Positions 29,737 to 43,518 of a stretch of 64,000 bases of DNA are shown here, piece after piece. Every line of letters begins with the position of its first letter. Position 1 is the stretch's first letter. The translations under genes and the position numbers were made by a program. Source of the DNA: Eledone cirrhosa. Taxonomy: Eukaryota. The DNA lies in the NCBI GenBank assembly GCA_964016885.1, contig OZ024749.1, positions 35,030,001-35,094,000 on the forward strand, read 5' to 3'. The notes under the pieces are model-generated. The model was not told the DNA's origin, did not search any database, and was given only the letters and a program-made list of their open reading frames with translations.

Positions 29737-30345
29737 TCAACCATTTTTAGTGTTTTGTCCTGAGGCTTGACATCTCTTTTTGTTGACAATTTTTCGGATG
29801 TCTGGCTGAAATGTCTGTACAGTTCCGACTTTGATTAGAGATGACAAGTGTTGATCAGTCAGCCTTGTTCTCTGAGAAGGTTTCGTTAATTTCATGAAGG
29901 GAAATAACTGTTCACACACATAGGTAGAACCAAACATTGCTATAATCTTTGTGGCAAACTTCTGAAGTTTTTTAACTTTTCAGGAAGGCATGAAAAGAAA
30001 CCAGGTACCCCCCCACGTCAAGATACTCTGAATGTAGAATCTGACTGCATTTCCAATAGTTCCATCAGCAGGCTTTCTTCTGCCTTGGCAACATCAAAGA
30101 TGAATGGTGCTGAGAATAATGCAAACTGATGTTCAAAAGATGAGAAATCACAAAATCTTTCCTGAAATTCCTTTGACAACAATTCCAGGTGACTGTTATA
30201 CTTAGCAAAGCTAAGTACAGAATCAGATTTGGCAGTGTTTTTTTTTTAGCTCTTTGCTCGTAGGAAAATGAACTAAATCTTCATTCGACAACTGGGACTT
30301 CCATAAGTTTAGTTTTCTAATGAAGCACTTGATGTCATCATACAA
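29737..30345 (-). pseudogene. hAT transposase C-terminal fragment (SPIN/GTF2IRD2-like)
   Basis: MFGSTYVCEQLFPFMKLTK..RTRLTDQHL dimerisation-domain motif. Upstream frames are broken. Confidence 0.88.
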
Positions 30346-30384
30346 CGGGTATGTAGTTTATGGAACACTCAAATGATTTAGACG

Positions 30385-30823
30385 TCGACCTTAAGTAGGA
30401 GCAATAACATTAAGAAAGACATGAACGACACCACAACATTTAGTATTGAAAATTTTGAAAGTAGGTTTATAAGTTTGAATTTTCATAACTCTCGTAGTCG
30501 TCTCAGTGGTCTAGCGGTAGATGCTAAAGACGGTGTAGATCCTGTTCTTGGGTTCAATCCTGGCCAAGCGGTACATGTAATCTCTTTCAGTTTTTATTTT
30601 ACACCCCATAGAAAAAAAACTGAAAAGGTTTACCGGGAGCTCTACTAAGGATGGAACTTCAGACCAGGCTCAGCTCCGTCTATGATTCCTCCAACTAGGC
30701 CACCGAGAATGCTATAAAAGTATAAAGAAAATTAATAATTAGAAATCTACTTTCAAAATCAAAGTTAAAAAGATGTGGTGTCGTTCATGGCTTTCCTAGT
30801 GTTATTAGTCGTATTTAGGGTCG
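30385..30823. mobile_element. Element with ~80-bp imperfect inverted repeats enclosing a tRNA-like fragment
   Basis: 30385-30468 pairs with 30743-30823. Interior has GTGGTCTAGCGG..GGTTCAATCC. Confidence 0.6.
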
Positions 30824-30918
30824 ACTTGTCAATCTTCTGGTTGGTTCTTTGGTAACAACCTTATTATTCCTGTGTGTTTAACTGTTGAATTAATTTAATT
30901 TAATTATTTTAATAAACA

Positions 30919-30967
<49 letters not shown>

Positions 30968-31754
30968 GCCAATCATTGTAAGTTTGAATCAAACTGACAT
31001 ATATAAGGTAAGACCAAATCATAGTAGATTCAAATATCACAGAGAGAAAGAGAGAGAGAGAGGGGGGGGGGATGAGGTGCGACAGAAATGAAACATGGAT
31101 TACAGGTTAGTTAAAATATAGTCTAGATCAGGCATGTCAAACTGAAGACCCCCAAGAGTCACATGGGTCACATGTGTTGTCTGAGGGCCACACACGACAA
31201 CTAATTGCACACATTACAACTATTTTTTTAAATTTTATATTTTGAAGATAAAACTTGTTCGCACTGTAAAAACCTTTGTGCAGGCCGCACGTGTGCTTGT
31301 AAAGAGCACATGCGGCCCGCGGGCCGGATGTTTGGCATGCCTGATGTATACTGTAGTTAGGTACATTGGTATTTCATTTGATATGTATCAAATTTGCACT
31401 ATTCTTTTCCAATTTGGATACCTCCTCAATTCCTTCCTCTGGGATGTGAAATTCCCCCTCTCCTGAGAGTGAAATGCCTCCCGTTTTGAGAACCACTGTC
31501 CTCCGAACAAGTCGTATTCGATGCCTTCCTGTTCGCCTCTTTCTTTAGTCCATTGTTCTCCATTGTTACATCTTTGCTAAAACTAAGAGATTAAGTTTTA
31601 TCTCTAGTAAGACCCAGCACTCCCTGTTATCAGTAATTGTACCCGTAAATTCTAACATAACTAATTTACTAATCCGGTACCTGAACACTTCCTGTGCCGA
31701 GATAAAAATAAAAAAGGTGTTTATTTTCCAGTAATCAGATTTCGTTTAACTTCA

Positions 31755-32155
31755 CTGATTGTGAAGAAAAGAAAAATTAGATGGTATGGTCATGTGGCAA
31801 GATCTGATGGACTGACCAGAACTATTCTCCTGGAAACAGATCAAGGGGGAAAAAAAGGTAAAGACGTCCGAAGAAAAAAAATAGGCGGCTAATATGAAGG
31901 AAGGAATGGTGCGGTAAAGATTTCGTGACAACCCAAGTCCTGGTCGGAAATAGAGAGATGAATGGAGAGAGGTAGTACATTACTCCATCCTACAGCTTTC
32001 CCACGACCCTGGAGGGAGGTGGTACACTATTCCACCCCTGCAGCTTTCCCACGACCCTTGAGGGAGGTGGTACACTATTCCACCCCTGCAGCTTTCCCAC
32101 GACCCTTGAGGGAGGTGGTACATTGTTCCACCCTGCAGCTTTCCCACGACCCGAG
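31755..32155 (+). mobile_element. RTE LINE 3' fragment whose tail is tandemly repeated (48 bp, about 3.5 copies)
   Basis: VKKRKIRWYGHVARSDGL, then a 48-bp period at 31993, 32041, 32089. Confidence 0.75.
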
Positions 32156-32678
32156 AAGGTTTAACTTGACTGTAGGGATTATCAATTTGTGGTTTGTGTA
32201 AAAAAAACAACCAAAACTAACCAAAATTATGTAAAGTTTGTGGTCTGTTTAAACAACCACCCGGAATTATATAGAGTTTACGTTATCTCAATAAGTTTGT
32301 TCAAGACCACATTGTCGTATTTGGGAAATCCAGACGAAACCTGTTAGACCACCGGACTTGACTGAACATGTTTTTCGAGGTTTTGCCCCCCCCCCCCATC
32401 TCTGTTTAGTTACTACCACTATATCCAGGCTTGCATCTGAGATTCTATTCCAGTCTTCCACTAACACTAACGAGAGAGATGCCCTTAGACATCTTAAGAC
32501 ATCCAGGATCCAGCTCCTGTTGTTGTTGTTTCTGGTTTCTTGTTGTTGCAGTTGTTACTGTTGTAGTTGATATTACACTGTATGTCATCTTTGCATATAA
32601 ATAGTAACTGGCTATAGTATAAAACACACACACACACACACGCACACACAGACGCGCGCACACGCACGCACACACACA

Positions 32679-32725
<47 letters not shown>

Positions 32726-32735
32726 TATATATATA

Positions 32736-32812
32736 CAGGGAGTCCCAAATCAATAGACTATTTCAAAATATAGTTATATTTTGAAATGATCTAGTGACTT
32801 TTGGGCTCCCTG
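32736..32812. mobile_element. 77-bp Tc1/mariner-like MITE
   Basis: TA-CAGGGAGTCCCAAA..TTTGGGCTCCCTG-TA, largely palindromic. Confidence 0.75.
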
Positions 32813-32816
32813 TATG

Positions 32817-32874
<58 letters not shown>

Positions 32875-33067
32875 ATGTGAGAAAAACCACAGACCCTCCA
32901 TCTCAATTCTACTTTTGAAAAGCAGAAGAACTGCGAAACCGGTAAAGGAACCAAATAAATATAGATATTTAAAAAAAAATAAGACTCCAGTTGCATTTTC
33001 GATTTCATCTTTTTTTTCTTTATACTTTCACTCGTGTAGGACACCCATTATTTTTCATTTTGTAGGG

Positions 33068-33255
33068 TGGATGGATTGGCAGTATCGGTAGAGGGTCGGA
33101 CGCCATGCTTTCCAGCATGGTTACGTCCCTTTACGATCTGAGTTCAAATCCCGCCGAGGTTGACTTTGCCTTTCATCCTTACGGGGTCGATAAAATAAAG
33201 TACCAGTAATGCACTGGGTAATTGCTGGCCTTGTGCCTAAAGTAGAAACAATTAT
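33068..33255 (+). mobile_element. Meta-core SINE with ~18-bp TSD
   Basis: ATTATTTTTCATTTTGTA on both sides. Confidence 0.93.
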
Positions 33256-33282
33256 TTTTCATTTTGTAAAAAAAAACCTCAC

Positions 33283-33316
<34 letters not shown>

Positions 33317-33317
<1 letters not shown>

Positions 33318-33512
33318 ACGAAGGAAATGTGGTAAGGAACCAGGTGGACCATAACGCACCAAAGTACTCAATACTTAGGGTAGTAGAGTGGATAATAGGA
33401 ACAAGTAAGACCCCGACGGCTGAGCTCAAGCCGTTTCGACGGCTAATTCTGTACTCTGTACAGAATTAGCCGTCGAAACGGCTTGAGCTCAGCCGTCGGG
33501 GTCTTACTTGTT

Positions 33513-33517
<5 letters not shown>
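33317..33517 (-). mobile_element. Family C fold-back element
   Basis: Same as 14051-14241, with private variants shared by both arms. Confidence 0.85.
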
Positions 33518-33557
<40 letters not shown>

Positions 33558-33647
33558 TTATACATATATATATATATACATATATATACATATATATATA
33601 AATATATATATAGATATAAATATATATATAAATATATATATATATAA

Positions 33648-33728
<81 letters not shown>

Positions 33729-33957
33729 CATAATATATATATATATATATATGACTTTCAATTGCCTTATCTTGAACGTAAACTAATCTGCAACAATCCA
33801 ATGCTGTAGGTGTTGTTGTTTTGTTGTAACTACTGGTGTTGATGCTGTTGTAGTTGTTACTATTGTTGTCGTTATTGTTGTTAATGTTGTAGATATTGAT
33901 GTCACTGCTGTTGGTGGCGGTGTCCAACAGTATTACTCTACTATCAAACATTTACCA

Positions 33958-33995
<38 letters not shown>

Positions 33996-34026
33996 CAAAT
34001 TCTCTAGAAAGGCCGGAAGATAGGTA

Positions 34027-34071
34027 AATATTGCTGATGAGTTGTAACAACAACGAAACTAGTTCAATATT
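34027..34071 (+). ncRNA. Canonical minimal type I hammerhead ribozyme motif
   Basis: Stem I AATATTG/CAATATT, core CTGATGA, stem II GTTG/CAAC, GAA, palindromic stem III ACTAGT, cleavage nucleotide T. Confidence 0.85.
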
Positions 34072-34286
34072 CCTTGTCTGGCTTTCTGGAGAATAGAGGA
34101 AAGGTGTTTCCTCAAAAACCAGTATGACTCTAAAAACCGGTTTGTCTGTGTGTTTACATACAGAATAGCTGGACACTCACAGTAAAGTGACCAGTGAAAA
34201 ACTCGGTACATCTACATATGTATACGTGTGTGTATTCATATGCATACTAGTATTTCAGTATACATATGTGGATGTACATTTTTAAC

Positions 34287-34318
<32 letters not shown>

Positions 34319-34483
34319 GCAAAAGTTCTATTTAAAGTTGTTGGGATACAACAAGTAAATATTTTTATAACTGATATAAAGCACTCGACAAGTTTTGGGA
34401 GTAGATATCCAGACAGCCTCCAAAAGTAATGGTTGCATTTTAAAAGGGTACGTCAAAGCTATTTGTAAAACTGTTATATATTG

Positions 34484-34548
34484 TATTTTGTCTGATGAAG
34501 GCATACCATAATTTAATGTGGTATCCCTGAAATATGTATAATGAAATA
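34484..34548 (+). ncRNA. Type I hammerhead motif with long stem II
   Basis: TATTTTGT/ATGAAATA, CTGATGA, AGG-C-ATACCATA/TGTGGTAT-C-CCT, GAA-ATATGTAT-A. Confidence 0.75.
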
Positions 34549-34587
34549 AATATGGTTTTATAAATATAGTTTCCATTTATTAATATC

Positions 34588-34589
<2 letters not shown>

Positions 34590-34628
<39 letters not shown>

Positions 34629-34657
34629 TATATTAAAATATATATATATATGTATAC

Positions 34658-34729
<72 letters not shown>

Positions 34730-34777
34730 TATATATATATATATTAATATATTAATATATATATATATGTATACATA

Positions 34778-34824
<47 letters not shown>

Positions 34825-34871
34825 TAATATATATATATATATTAATATATATATATGTATACATATATATA

Positions 34872-34920
<49 letters not shown>

Positions 34921-34945
34921 TATATATATATATATTAATATATTA

Positions 34946-34992
<47 letters not shown>

Positions 34993-35145
34993 AGTAAGTA
35001 AGACCCCGACGGCTGAGCTCAAGCCGTTTCGACGGCTAATTCTGTACTGCATTAGAATTAGCCGCCTATTACCCACTCTACTACCCTAAGTATTGAGTAC
35101 TTTGGTGCGTTATGGTCCACCTGGTTCCTTACCACTTTTCCCTCG

Positions 35146-35184
<39 letters not shown>

Positions 35185-35229
35185 TATATATATATATATA
35201 TATTAATATATTAATATATATATATATGT

Positions 35230-35302
<73 letters not shown>

Positions 35303-35354
35303 TATATATATATATATATATTAATATATTAATATATATATATATGTATACACA

Positions 35355-35439
<85 letters not shown>

Positions 35440-35485
35440 TATATATATATTAATATATTAATATATATATATATGTATACATATA

Positions 35486-35548
<63 letters not shown>

Positions 35549-35574
35549 TATATATTTATATATATATATATATA

Positions 35575-35653
<79 letters not shown>

Positions 35654-35690
35654 TATATATATATTAATATATTAATATATATATATATGT

Positions 35691-35775
<85 letters not shown>

Positions 35776-35783
35776 TATATTAA

Positions 35784-35857
<74 letters not shown>

Positions 35858-35895
35858 CATATATATATCATATATATATATATATATATATATAT
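34590..35895. repeat. Very long interrupted (TA)n tract containing a family C copy (34990-35148)
   Basis: Direct reading of sequence. Confidence 0.9.
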
Positions 35896-36249
35896 AGTGT
35901 ATGTGTCTTTGGTGAGAAGGCGATGACAAGTTAAGACCTGTGTACCTCCTAGATGGATTATTGCCACTCTGATGACATACGTTCATCGTTGACAACTTAT
36001 TTCTTTCTTCACTCAACAATACATCCATGTTTTCCTTTCTTTCACCCCCCCCCCCCCACACACCATCCCCCCCCCCCCCACACACACCATCCCCCCCCCC
36101 CCCACCATCCGTCACACCTTTTCTGTGTTTCATTCTATTATTTCTAGGTTTCTGATAGTTTTGTTGCTGTTGTTGTTGTTGTTGTGTTTCATTTCTTGGT
36201 CTATGATAAATTTTGTTGTTTATATATATATATATATATATATAGATGA

Positions 36250-36298
36250 GATTCTACAGGACTAGAACTGTTTCATTCTTTAAAAATCATCAGGAATC
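36250..36298 (-). ncRNA. Family D type I hammerhead motif (inverted arm)
   Basis: Minus strand GATTC-CTGATGA-..-GAA-ACAG-loop-CTGT-A-GAATC. Confidence 0.75.
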
Positions 36299-36347
36299 AT
36301 GTGTGTGTGTGCGTATGCGTATATATATATATATATATACGCATACG

Positions 36348-36382
<35 letters not shown>

Positions 36383-36405
36383 GTATATACAGTATATATA
36401 TACTG

Positions 36406-36815
<410 letters not shown>

Positions 36816-36824
36816 CGCGTGTGC

Positions 36825-36874
<50 letters not shown>

Positions 36875-36896
36875 GCACACGCACACACACACACAT

Positions 36897-36945
36897 GATT
36901 CCTGATGATTTCTAAAGAATGAAACAGTACTAGTCCTGTAGAATC
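36897..36945 (+). ncRNA. Family D type I hammerhead motif
   Basis: Stem I GATTC/GAATC, stem II TTC/GAA, stem III ACAG/CTGT, GUA triplet. An ~85-nt tail follows to (TA)n at 37030. Confidence 0.8.
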
Positions 36946-37043
36946 TCATCTATATTAAAACTTTTATACTCTGTTATGTATTGAGTACCTTACTTACTGT
37001 GGTTACCTCCGATTCAACCCGGAATAACGTATATATATATATA

Positions 37044-37349
37044 TAGGTATAAACGTTTGAATATGTATAATAAAGCCAAAACAATGCAGGTATGGACATA
37101 GAAAAAAGAATGCAATTGCAAAAGATATTGTTGACAATTCGTCTTTTACCTTAGATTTATTTAAATGTCCTTAATTTTCGAGATAATATCTCTTCTTCAG
37201 AGGGAAATAAAGGTCTCAAACCAGCGTTCTAAATAGCTTGCCAAGTCTTTTTTCTATGTCCATACCTGCATTGTTTTGGCTTTATTATACATATTCAAAC
37301 GTTTATACCTCATTACACAATGCTTCAAGTGAACTATAACCTCCTCCTG
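37044..37349. mobile_element. Inverted-repeat element with a minus-strand hammerhead (37170-37203)
   Basis: 37044-37106 is the reverse complement of 37247-37309. Minus strand CCT-CTGAAGA-A-GAGAT/ATCTC-GAA-AATT-A-AGG. Confidence 0.7.
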
Positions 37350-37487
37350 TATATATATATGTATGTATATATATATATGTGTATATATATATGTATGTAT
37401 ATATATATGTATGTATATATATATATGTGTATATATATATGTATGTATATATATATGTATGTATATATACATATATATATATGTATG

Positions 37488-37642
<155 letters not shown>

Positions 37643-37804
37643 ATATATATGTATATATATATATATATGTATGTATATATATATGTATGTATATATACAT
37701 ATATATATATGTATGTATGTATATATATACATATATATATATACATATATATATACATATATATATATACATATATATATACATATATATATATACATAT
37801 ATAC

Positions 37805-37926
<122 letters not shown>

Positions 37927-37963
37927 GTATATATATGTATATATATATATATATATACATATA

Positions 37964-38014
<51 letters not shown>

Positions 38015-38055
38015 GTATATATATATGTATATATATATATATATATATACATATA

Positions 38056-38087
<32 letters not shown>

Positions 38088-38153
38088 CATATATATATGT
38101 ATATATATGTATATATATATATATATATACATATATATGTATATATATGTATA

Positions 38154-38203
<50 letters not shown>

Positions 38204-38220
38204 CATATATATATATATAC

Positions 38221-38293
<73 letters not shown>

Positions 38294-38308
38294 TATATAT
38301 ATATATAT

Positions 38309-38341
<33 letters not shown>

Positions 38342-38342
<1 letters not shown>

Positions 38343-38930
38343 GGTGGCTGCCAACTCGTTTTCGAGTACGGCCACTACTTTATATCCATGTAGGAGAACC
38401 CCTACCGACGCGCTAAACGAGTGTGACTTTTTAGTCCAGCCAACGACTTGAAAACTCAGGTACAAACACTACACTTGTGACAATTATTGTCACAGAGCTG
38501 CTGGGCCCATGGTACCATGTGACGACAAGTGCAGAGAGATCTCCAGATATAAAGAAATGCCTGTGCCGTGAAGCTTTTCTAGTGAGCAAAGGCACTGCAC
38601 AAAGCCAGTCCCACTCTCTTAACCAAGATGATATTTACCAAAAAGAAGAACAAGTCAACATCATTGGATACCATCAGGGTTGCAGGTGTTATATCAGAGT
38701 TTTCCTTCTCCTAGAATTCTGCCTTGACAAAAGCTAAGGGGTCATCTCTCCCGGTGATTTTGGATGGCCATTAACTCTTAAGAGGTCCTTTGCCCTTTGA
38801 CAGGTTTTGTTTTTAGTCCTGCAGGATGTCCAAAGTGACCCTCCTCACCAAGAAACCTTGGTGGGGTTGTCAGTTTAGTCGCCAACGACCCGACCATGAG
38901 ACAGGTTGTACTGGGATACATGTTACCAGT
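38342..38930 (-). mobile_element. Bipartite non-autonomous RTE-derived element, longer copy
   Basis: RTE-like 5'UTR (CTAGGAGAAGGAAAACTCTGA) joined to a zinc-finger 3' end. (TA)n on both sides. Confidence 0.65.
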
Positions 38931-38936
38931 ATATAC

Positions 38937-39044
<108 letters not shown>

Positions 39045-39351
39045 TATATTACACAAAGAGAAGTGTGTTACACAGGTGAAACGAAGCGAGATTCGTATCA
39101 GCAAACTATAGTTATAAGGTTTGTGATTTAAAACTCTAATCCAGAGATTTGATTCTCAATTGGTTTTTTTCTATTTAATTGCTAACCTGTAGATATTGTT
39201 CTCTATACAGTAACGGTAAGATCACTCGTAATAATTCTTTACACACATCTCACTGTGTAACACACTTCTCTTTGTGTAATATATACTTGCATTTGAGCTC
39301 AGAAGGAAATTCTCTGTTCTTCTTTGAGCTAATACTATTATTATTATTACA

Positions 39352-39547
39352 GGTGTGGATTGGCAGTATCGGTAGAGAGTCGGACGCCATGCTTTCCAGC
39401 ATAGTTACGTCCCTTTACGGTCTGAGTTCAAATCCCGCTGAGGTTAACTTTGCCTTTCATCCTTACGGGGTCGATAAAATAAAGTACCAGTAATGTACTG
39501 GGTAATTGATGGCCTTGTGCCAAAAGTAGAAACAATTATTATTATTA
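39352..39547 (+). mobile_element. Meta-core SINE
   Basis: Family consensus; ATTATTATTACAG duplicated at the flanks. Confidence 0.9.
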
Positions 39548-39598
39548 CAGTGAACTGCGGAATACTCTTAATTCCGATCTTTGTATATATATATATAT

Positions 39599-40268
39599 AT
39601 ATAGTAGAATAATCGAGTATCGAAAAATCGGCGCACGAGTTCACGATAAACAAAATTCGAAATGAGCGGCAGAGGGCTCAATAATTCAGATAAATCAGAG
39701 CTATAACTATCGTTAAAATACCGTCACACATAGAACAAGTCTATAATCAACCGTACGACCGAAAAATTGCGATCTGGAAGATTCGGGACACTCATAAAAA
39801 ATATCAATAAATCAATAAATCAAATGAATGTAAAAAGCATACCCGGACCCGCTAGAAAGATGGTAAATCTAGCTTCTTGGGTTTCTGTAAATCCTTAAAC
39901 TGCCCTCTATCAGCTCACATAAAAATATATAAGACTTCTAGAAGCCAGCGGACGGGAATTTACTTCCTCAACGAGCCTTTGTCCGAACGAATGAAAAGGC
40001 ATAACCCAGGCTGAAGAAACGCACATGGAATTCAGCAAGGGAGATAACCTCTATATCCGCAAAAAATATTCGGGAAAATGTGGAAATACACATATCGAAT
40101 AAGAGTGCTCAATAGACATGTTAAAATAAACAGGAGCTATTCATCATTTAATAGAATCGACAAAAAATGAACAATAAAATTAACTGGTCAATAGCTAGGT
40201 CTAGAGCTAAATATAGTAGAATAATCGAGTATCGAAAAATCGGCGCACGAGTTCACGATAAACAAAAT
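39599..40268. mobile_element. Unclassified (TA)n-flanked element with identical ~58-bp terminal direct repeats
   Basis: ATAGTAGAATAATCGAGTATCGAAAAATCGGCGCACGAGTTCACGATAAACAAAAT at 39601 and 40213. Confidence 0.7.
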
Positions 40269-40468
40269 ATATATATATATTTATATACATATAGTGTGTG
40301 GGTGTTTTTATTTTCACTTGTGCTGTTAAAATAAATATTGTATTGAGAAGAACATTATGATTGACTTCCTGTTCTGGAATTGGTATAAAGAACGAAAAAA
40401 TGTGAAGTAAATCGAGAGGAAATGAACGAACATCTATTACAATACTTTTCACCATTGAATGTAAAATA

Positions 40469-40539
<71 letters not shown>

Positions 40540-40740
40540 ATGTGTGAGAGAGAGGGACGAATGGATGTGAGAGAGAGAGATACTGAGAAGAAGAAGGGGA
40601 CTGAGGAAGAGAGGAAAACAGAGAGTGAGAAGAGGAATGACATAGATAGATAGATATATTTCTTTATTAGCCACAGGGGCACAAAAGAAGGGGACAAATA
40701 CAAAGATAGATAGATAGATAGATAGATAGTTAGAGAGAAA

Positions 40741-40808
<68 letters not shown>

Positions 40809-40984
40809 AGGTAACCATCGTCACATTTACCACGAATGATTTCTTAGCAATGGTGAAAGTAACATTTTATGAGAACAATTATACGAAAAAATAAAACATC
40901 ATATCCATTGTTGCAGCGAAAATAGTTGTTGTGTGGTTGTTACAAGTGGCAGCTACGTGGGAAATTAGTCAATTGATAATTTCA

Positions 40985-41360
40985 TAATAATAATAATTGT
41001 TTCTACTTTAGGCACAAGGCCAGCAATTACCAGTATATTACTGGTACCTTATTTTATCGACCCCGTAAGGATGAAAGGCAAAGTTAACCTCGGCGGGATT
41101 TGAACTCAGACCGTAAAGGGACGTAACTATGCTGGAAAGCATTTGTTTCTACTTTAGGCACAAGGCCAGCAATTACCCAGTGCATTACTGGTACTAATAA
41201 AAATAATAATGGTTTTTGATTTAGGTACAATTTTAAAGGAATGGGAAAGTCGATTAAATTGACCCCAGTGCATTACTGGTGTTTTATTTTAACGGACCCC
41301 CGTTAGGATGAAAAGCAAAGCTAACCTCAGCGGGATTTGATCTCATAATGTAATGGGCCG
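40985..41360 (-). mobile_element. Three stacked, partly truncated Meta-core SINEs
   Basis: Repeated family 3' ends at about 40995, 41143 and 41205. Confidence 0.85.
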
Positions 41361-41454
41361 AGGTTAGTTATGACGAGAGAGCGAGAGAGAGAGATATATA
41401 TATAGAGAGAGAGGGAGAGAGAGAGAGAGAGAGATGGTTAACACACACATACAT

Positions 41455-41760
41455 GTTTTGCTTGCTATTTTCCAATGGGCCAAAAACAACAATGATATGC
41501 TACTAAACGAGGACAAATTTGAGTTAATCCACTTTGGAAAAGAGGATGCATTTTAGTTACCGCATTCCCTTTCATCGGGCGAAACCTTCGTGGTATCCAA
41601 CAACACCAGAGACCTTGGAGTAATTGTCGATAAGAGGTTAAATAGGATTATCCACATAAACAATAAAGCTCATATAGCCCGCAGAATGTGTTCCTAGATT
41701 CTTACAACTTTCCGGTCTAGAGAGATTCCCACCATTATCCTTCTCTTCTCCACTTTTCCC
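41455..41760 (+). pseudogene. CR1/L2-type LINE RT C-terminal fragment
   Basis: WAKNN..LNEDKFELIHFGK..RDLGVIVDKRL..HIN. Confidence 0.8.
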
Positions 41761-41904
41761 CGTGTCTGTGACCAGTGTATATAGGTCACAGACCCCACCC
41801 CCCCCCACCCCATATATATATATATGGGCCTTCCAATTTCATTTTAAATTATATACATGTCTGTGTATATTTTAATTATTTAAACATTATTATAAGTGAA
41901 CATG

Positions 41905-41995
<91 letters not shown>

Positions 41996-42311
41996 CCAAA
42001 GTTATTGGAAATCTCAAAATGCGGACGAAACCATGGTAGAGGTAAATAAATGTATTCTATTTTCTCCTAGTTTATTTTACACCTAATTCTGTTTAATTGA
42101 TTGTATCTGGGCGATTACGCTGTCGAAATATTCGATAAATATTTCGTCGCGGCCGACGCGAAGGGCTAGTTTCGGTTATTTGTCGGAGATTTCTTCATAG
42201 AAGCCTTATTCTTATAGCCTGGTCTATTCGATTTTTTATATAGTTAATTATGCTAATTGGGAGAGGAAATGATATATATTTTATCTGGTGATTCTATAGA
42301 CATGTTTTATG

Positions 42312-42347
<36 letters not shown>

Positions 42348-42679
42348 AAAGAATGAAGAATAACATGGTCAACAGTACAAAAAGGGTTTTATTTACAATA
42401 TTAATAATTGTTGGATTACCTATAACGATAATTTGTTATACACAGCCACTTCCCTCTTATATTTATTTTATATTTATCACTAGATCAACATTGCTCCTCT
42501 CTCACTAAACCACGAAACTCTCTCCCCCTCTCTATATCCGACTAGATATCTCACTCCCTCACTTTCAAAACTCTCACAACACTGTGTTACCATTACACCA
42601 TTCCATTTCAATTAGAAGCTATATAACCATACCTGCTATGGTTATATAGCTTCTAAATTGAATGGAAGGAAGCATGGAT

Positions 42680-42750
42680 GGCGTGTTGGTGTAATGGTAA
42701 CACATTGGTCCGGCAGACCAAAAATGTGGGTTCGTGTCCCCTGTACGTCA
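42680..42750 (+). pseudogene. tRNA-like cloverleaf (GGC at the anticodon position), probably repeat-borne
   Basis: D stem GTGT/ACAC, anticodon stem TTGGT/ACCAA, TTCG loop. Has C33 instead of U and a wobble-rich acceptor stem. Partial second copy at about 42978-43030. Confidence 0.65.
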
Positions 42751-43371
42751 ATACTCATCCTTTTTCCCACTCAGAGGGTTTTTAAAAAAAATCCCAACTA
42801 ACAGACTAATTCTACTCAGTCAAAGACGGCGTAAGCACATGTTATTACCTAATTTTCAAATTCGCTAGCCGTTTCTAGACAAAGCTTACTTTGCGTCTCC
42901 CTATTTATATACATATATATATACCTGCTACGGTTATATACCTTCTAATTGAATGGAAGGAAGCATGGGTGGTGTAATGGTGTAATGGTAACACATTGGT
43001 CCGGCAGACCAAAGATTTGGGTTCGTGTCAATATTCATCCTTTTTTCCATTCAGGGGGATTTAAAAAAATCTCAACTATACGGTGTAAGCACATGTTACT
43101 ACCTTATATATATATATATATATAAAACAATATGTAAAACAATATATTTTTTCTCAGTTATAAAAGCTATCTCTCTCTCTCTATCACCCATCTCTCCTCC
43201 TATCTCATCCTTCCTCATTATACTCCTCTCCCTCCACTTTTTACTCTCATCTCCTCCTCTTTTTCATCCTTTCCACCCCCACCCCCCACCGCAAAATTTT
43301 TTTCCCAATATCACACATCAATCTAAAACTACTTTTCATAAGTGTTTTTTAACCTTCATATCATGTCTTCC

Positions 43372-43442
43372 TATTTTATCTGATGAAAACACAAATGTTA
43401 TTGCATGATGATATTTGTTTTTGAAATGCGCATAATAAAATA
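43372..43442 (+). ncRNA. Type I hammerhead motif with long stem II
   Basis: Stem I TATTTTAT/ATAAAATA, CTGATGA, ACAAATGTTAT/ATGATATTTGT, GAA-ATGCGCAT-A. Confidence 0.8.
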
Positions 43443-43472
43443 CATCGAACTCTTTTAACCATCTTTTGATCT

Positions 43473-43518
<46 letters not shown>

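Larger units (their letters stand above)
29411..31343 (-). mobile_element. Composite non-autonomous hAT (Charlie/SPIN-like) transposon
   Basis: TIRs CAGGCATGTCAAAC and GTTTGGCATGCCTG. 8-bp TSD ATGTATAC at 29403-29410 and 31344-31351. Confidence 0.92.

Noticed and set aside
29737-29937. Host GTF2IRD2-like gene
   Set aside because: Lies between hAT TIRs with a TSD and is frameshifted upstream, so it is a transposase relic.
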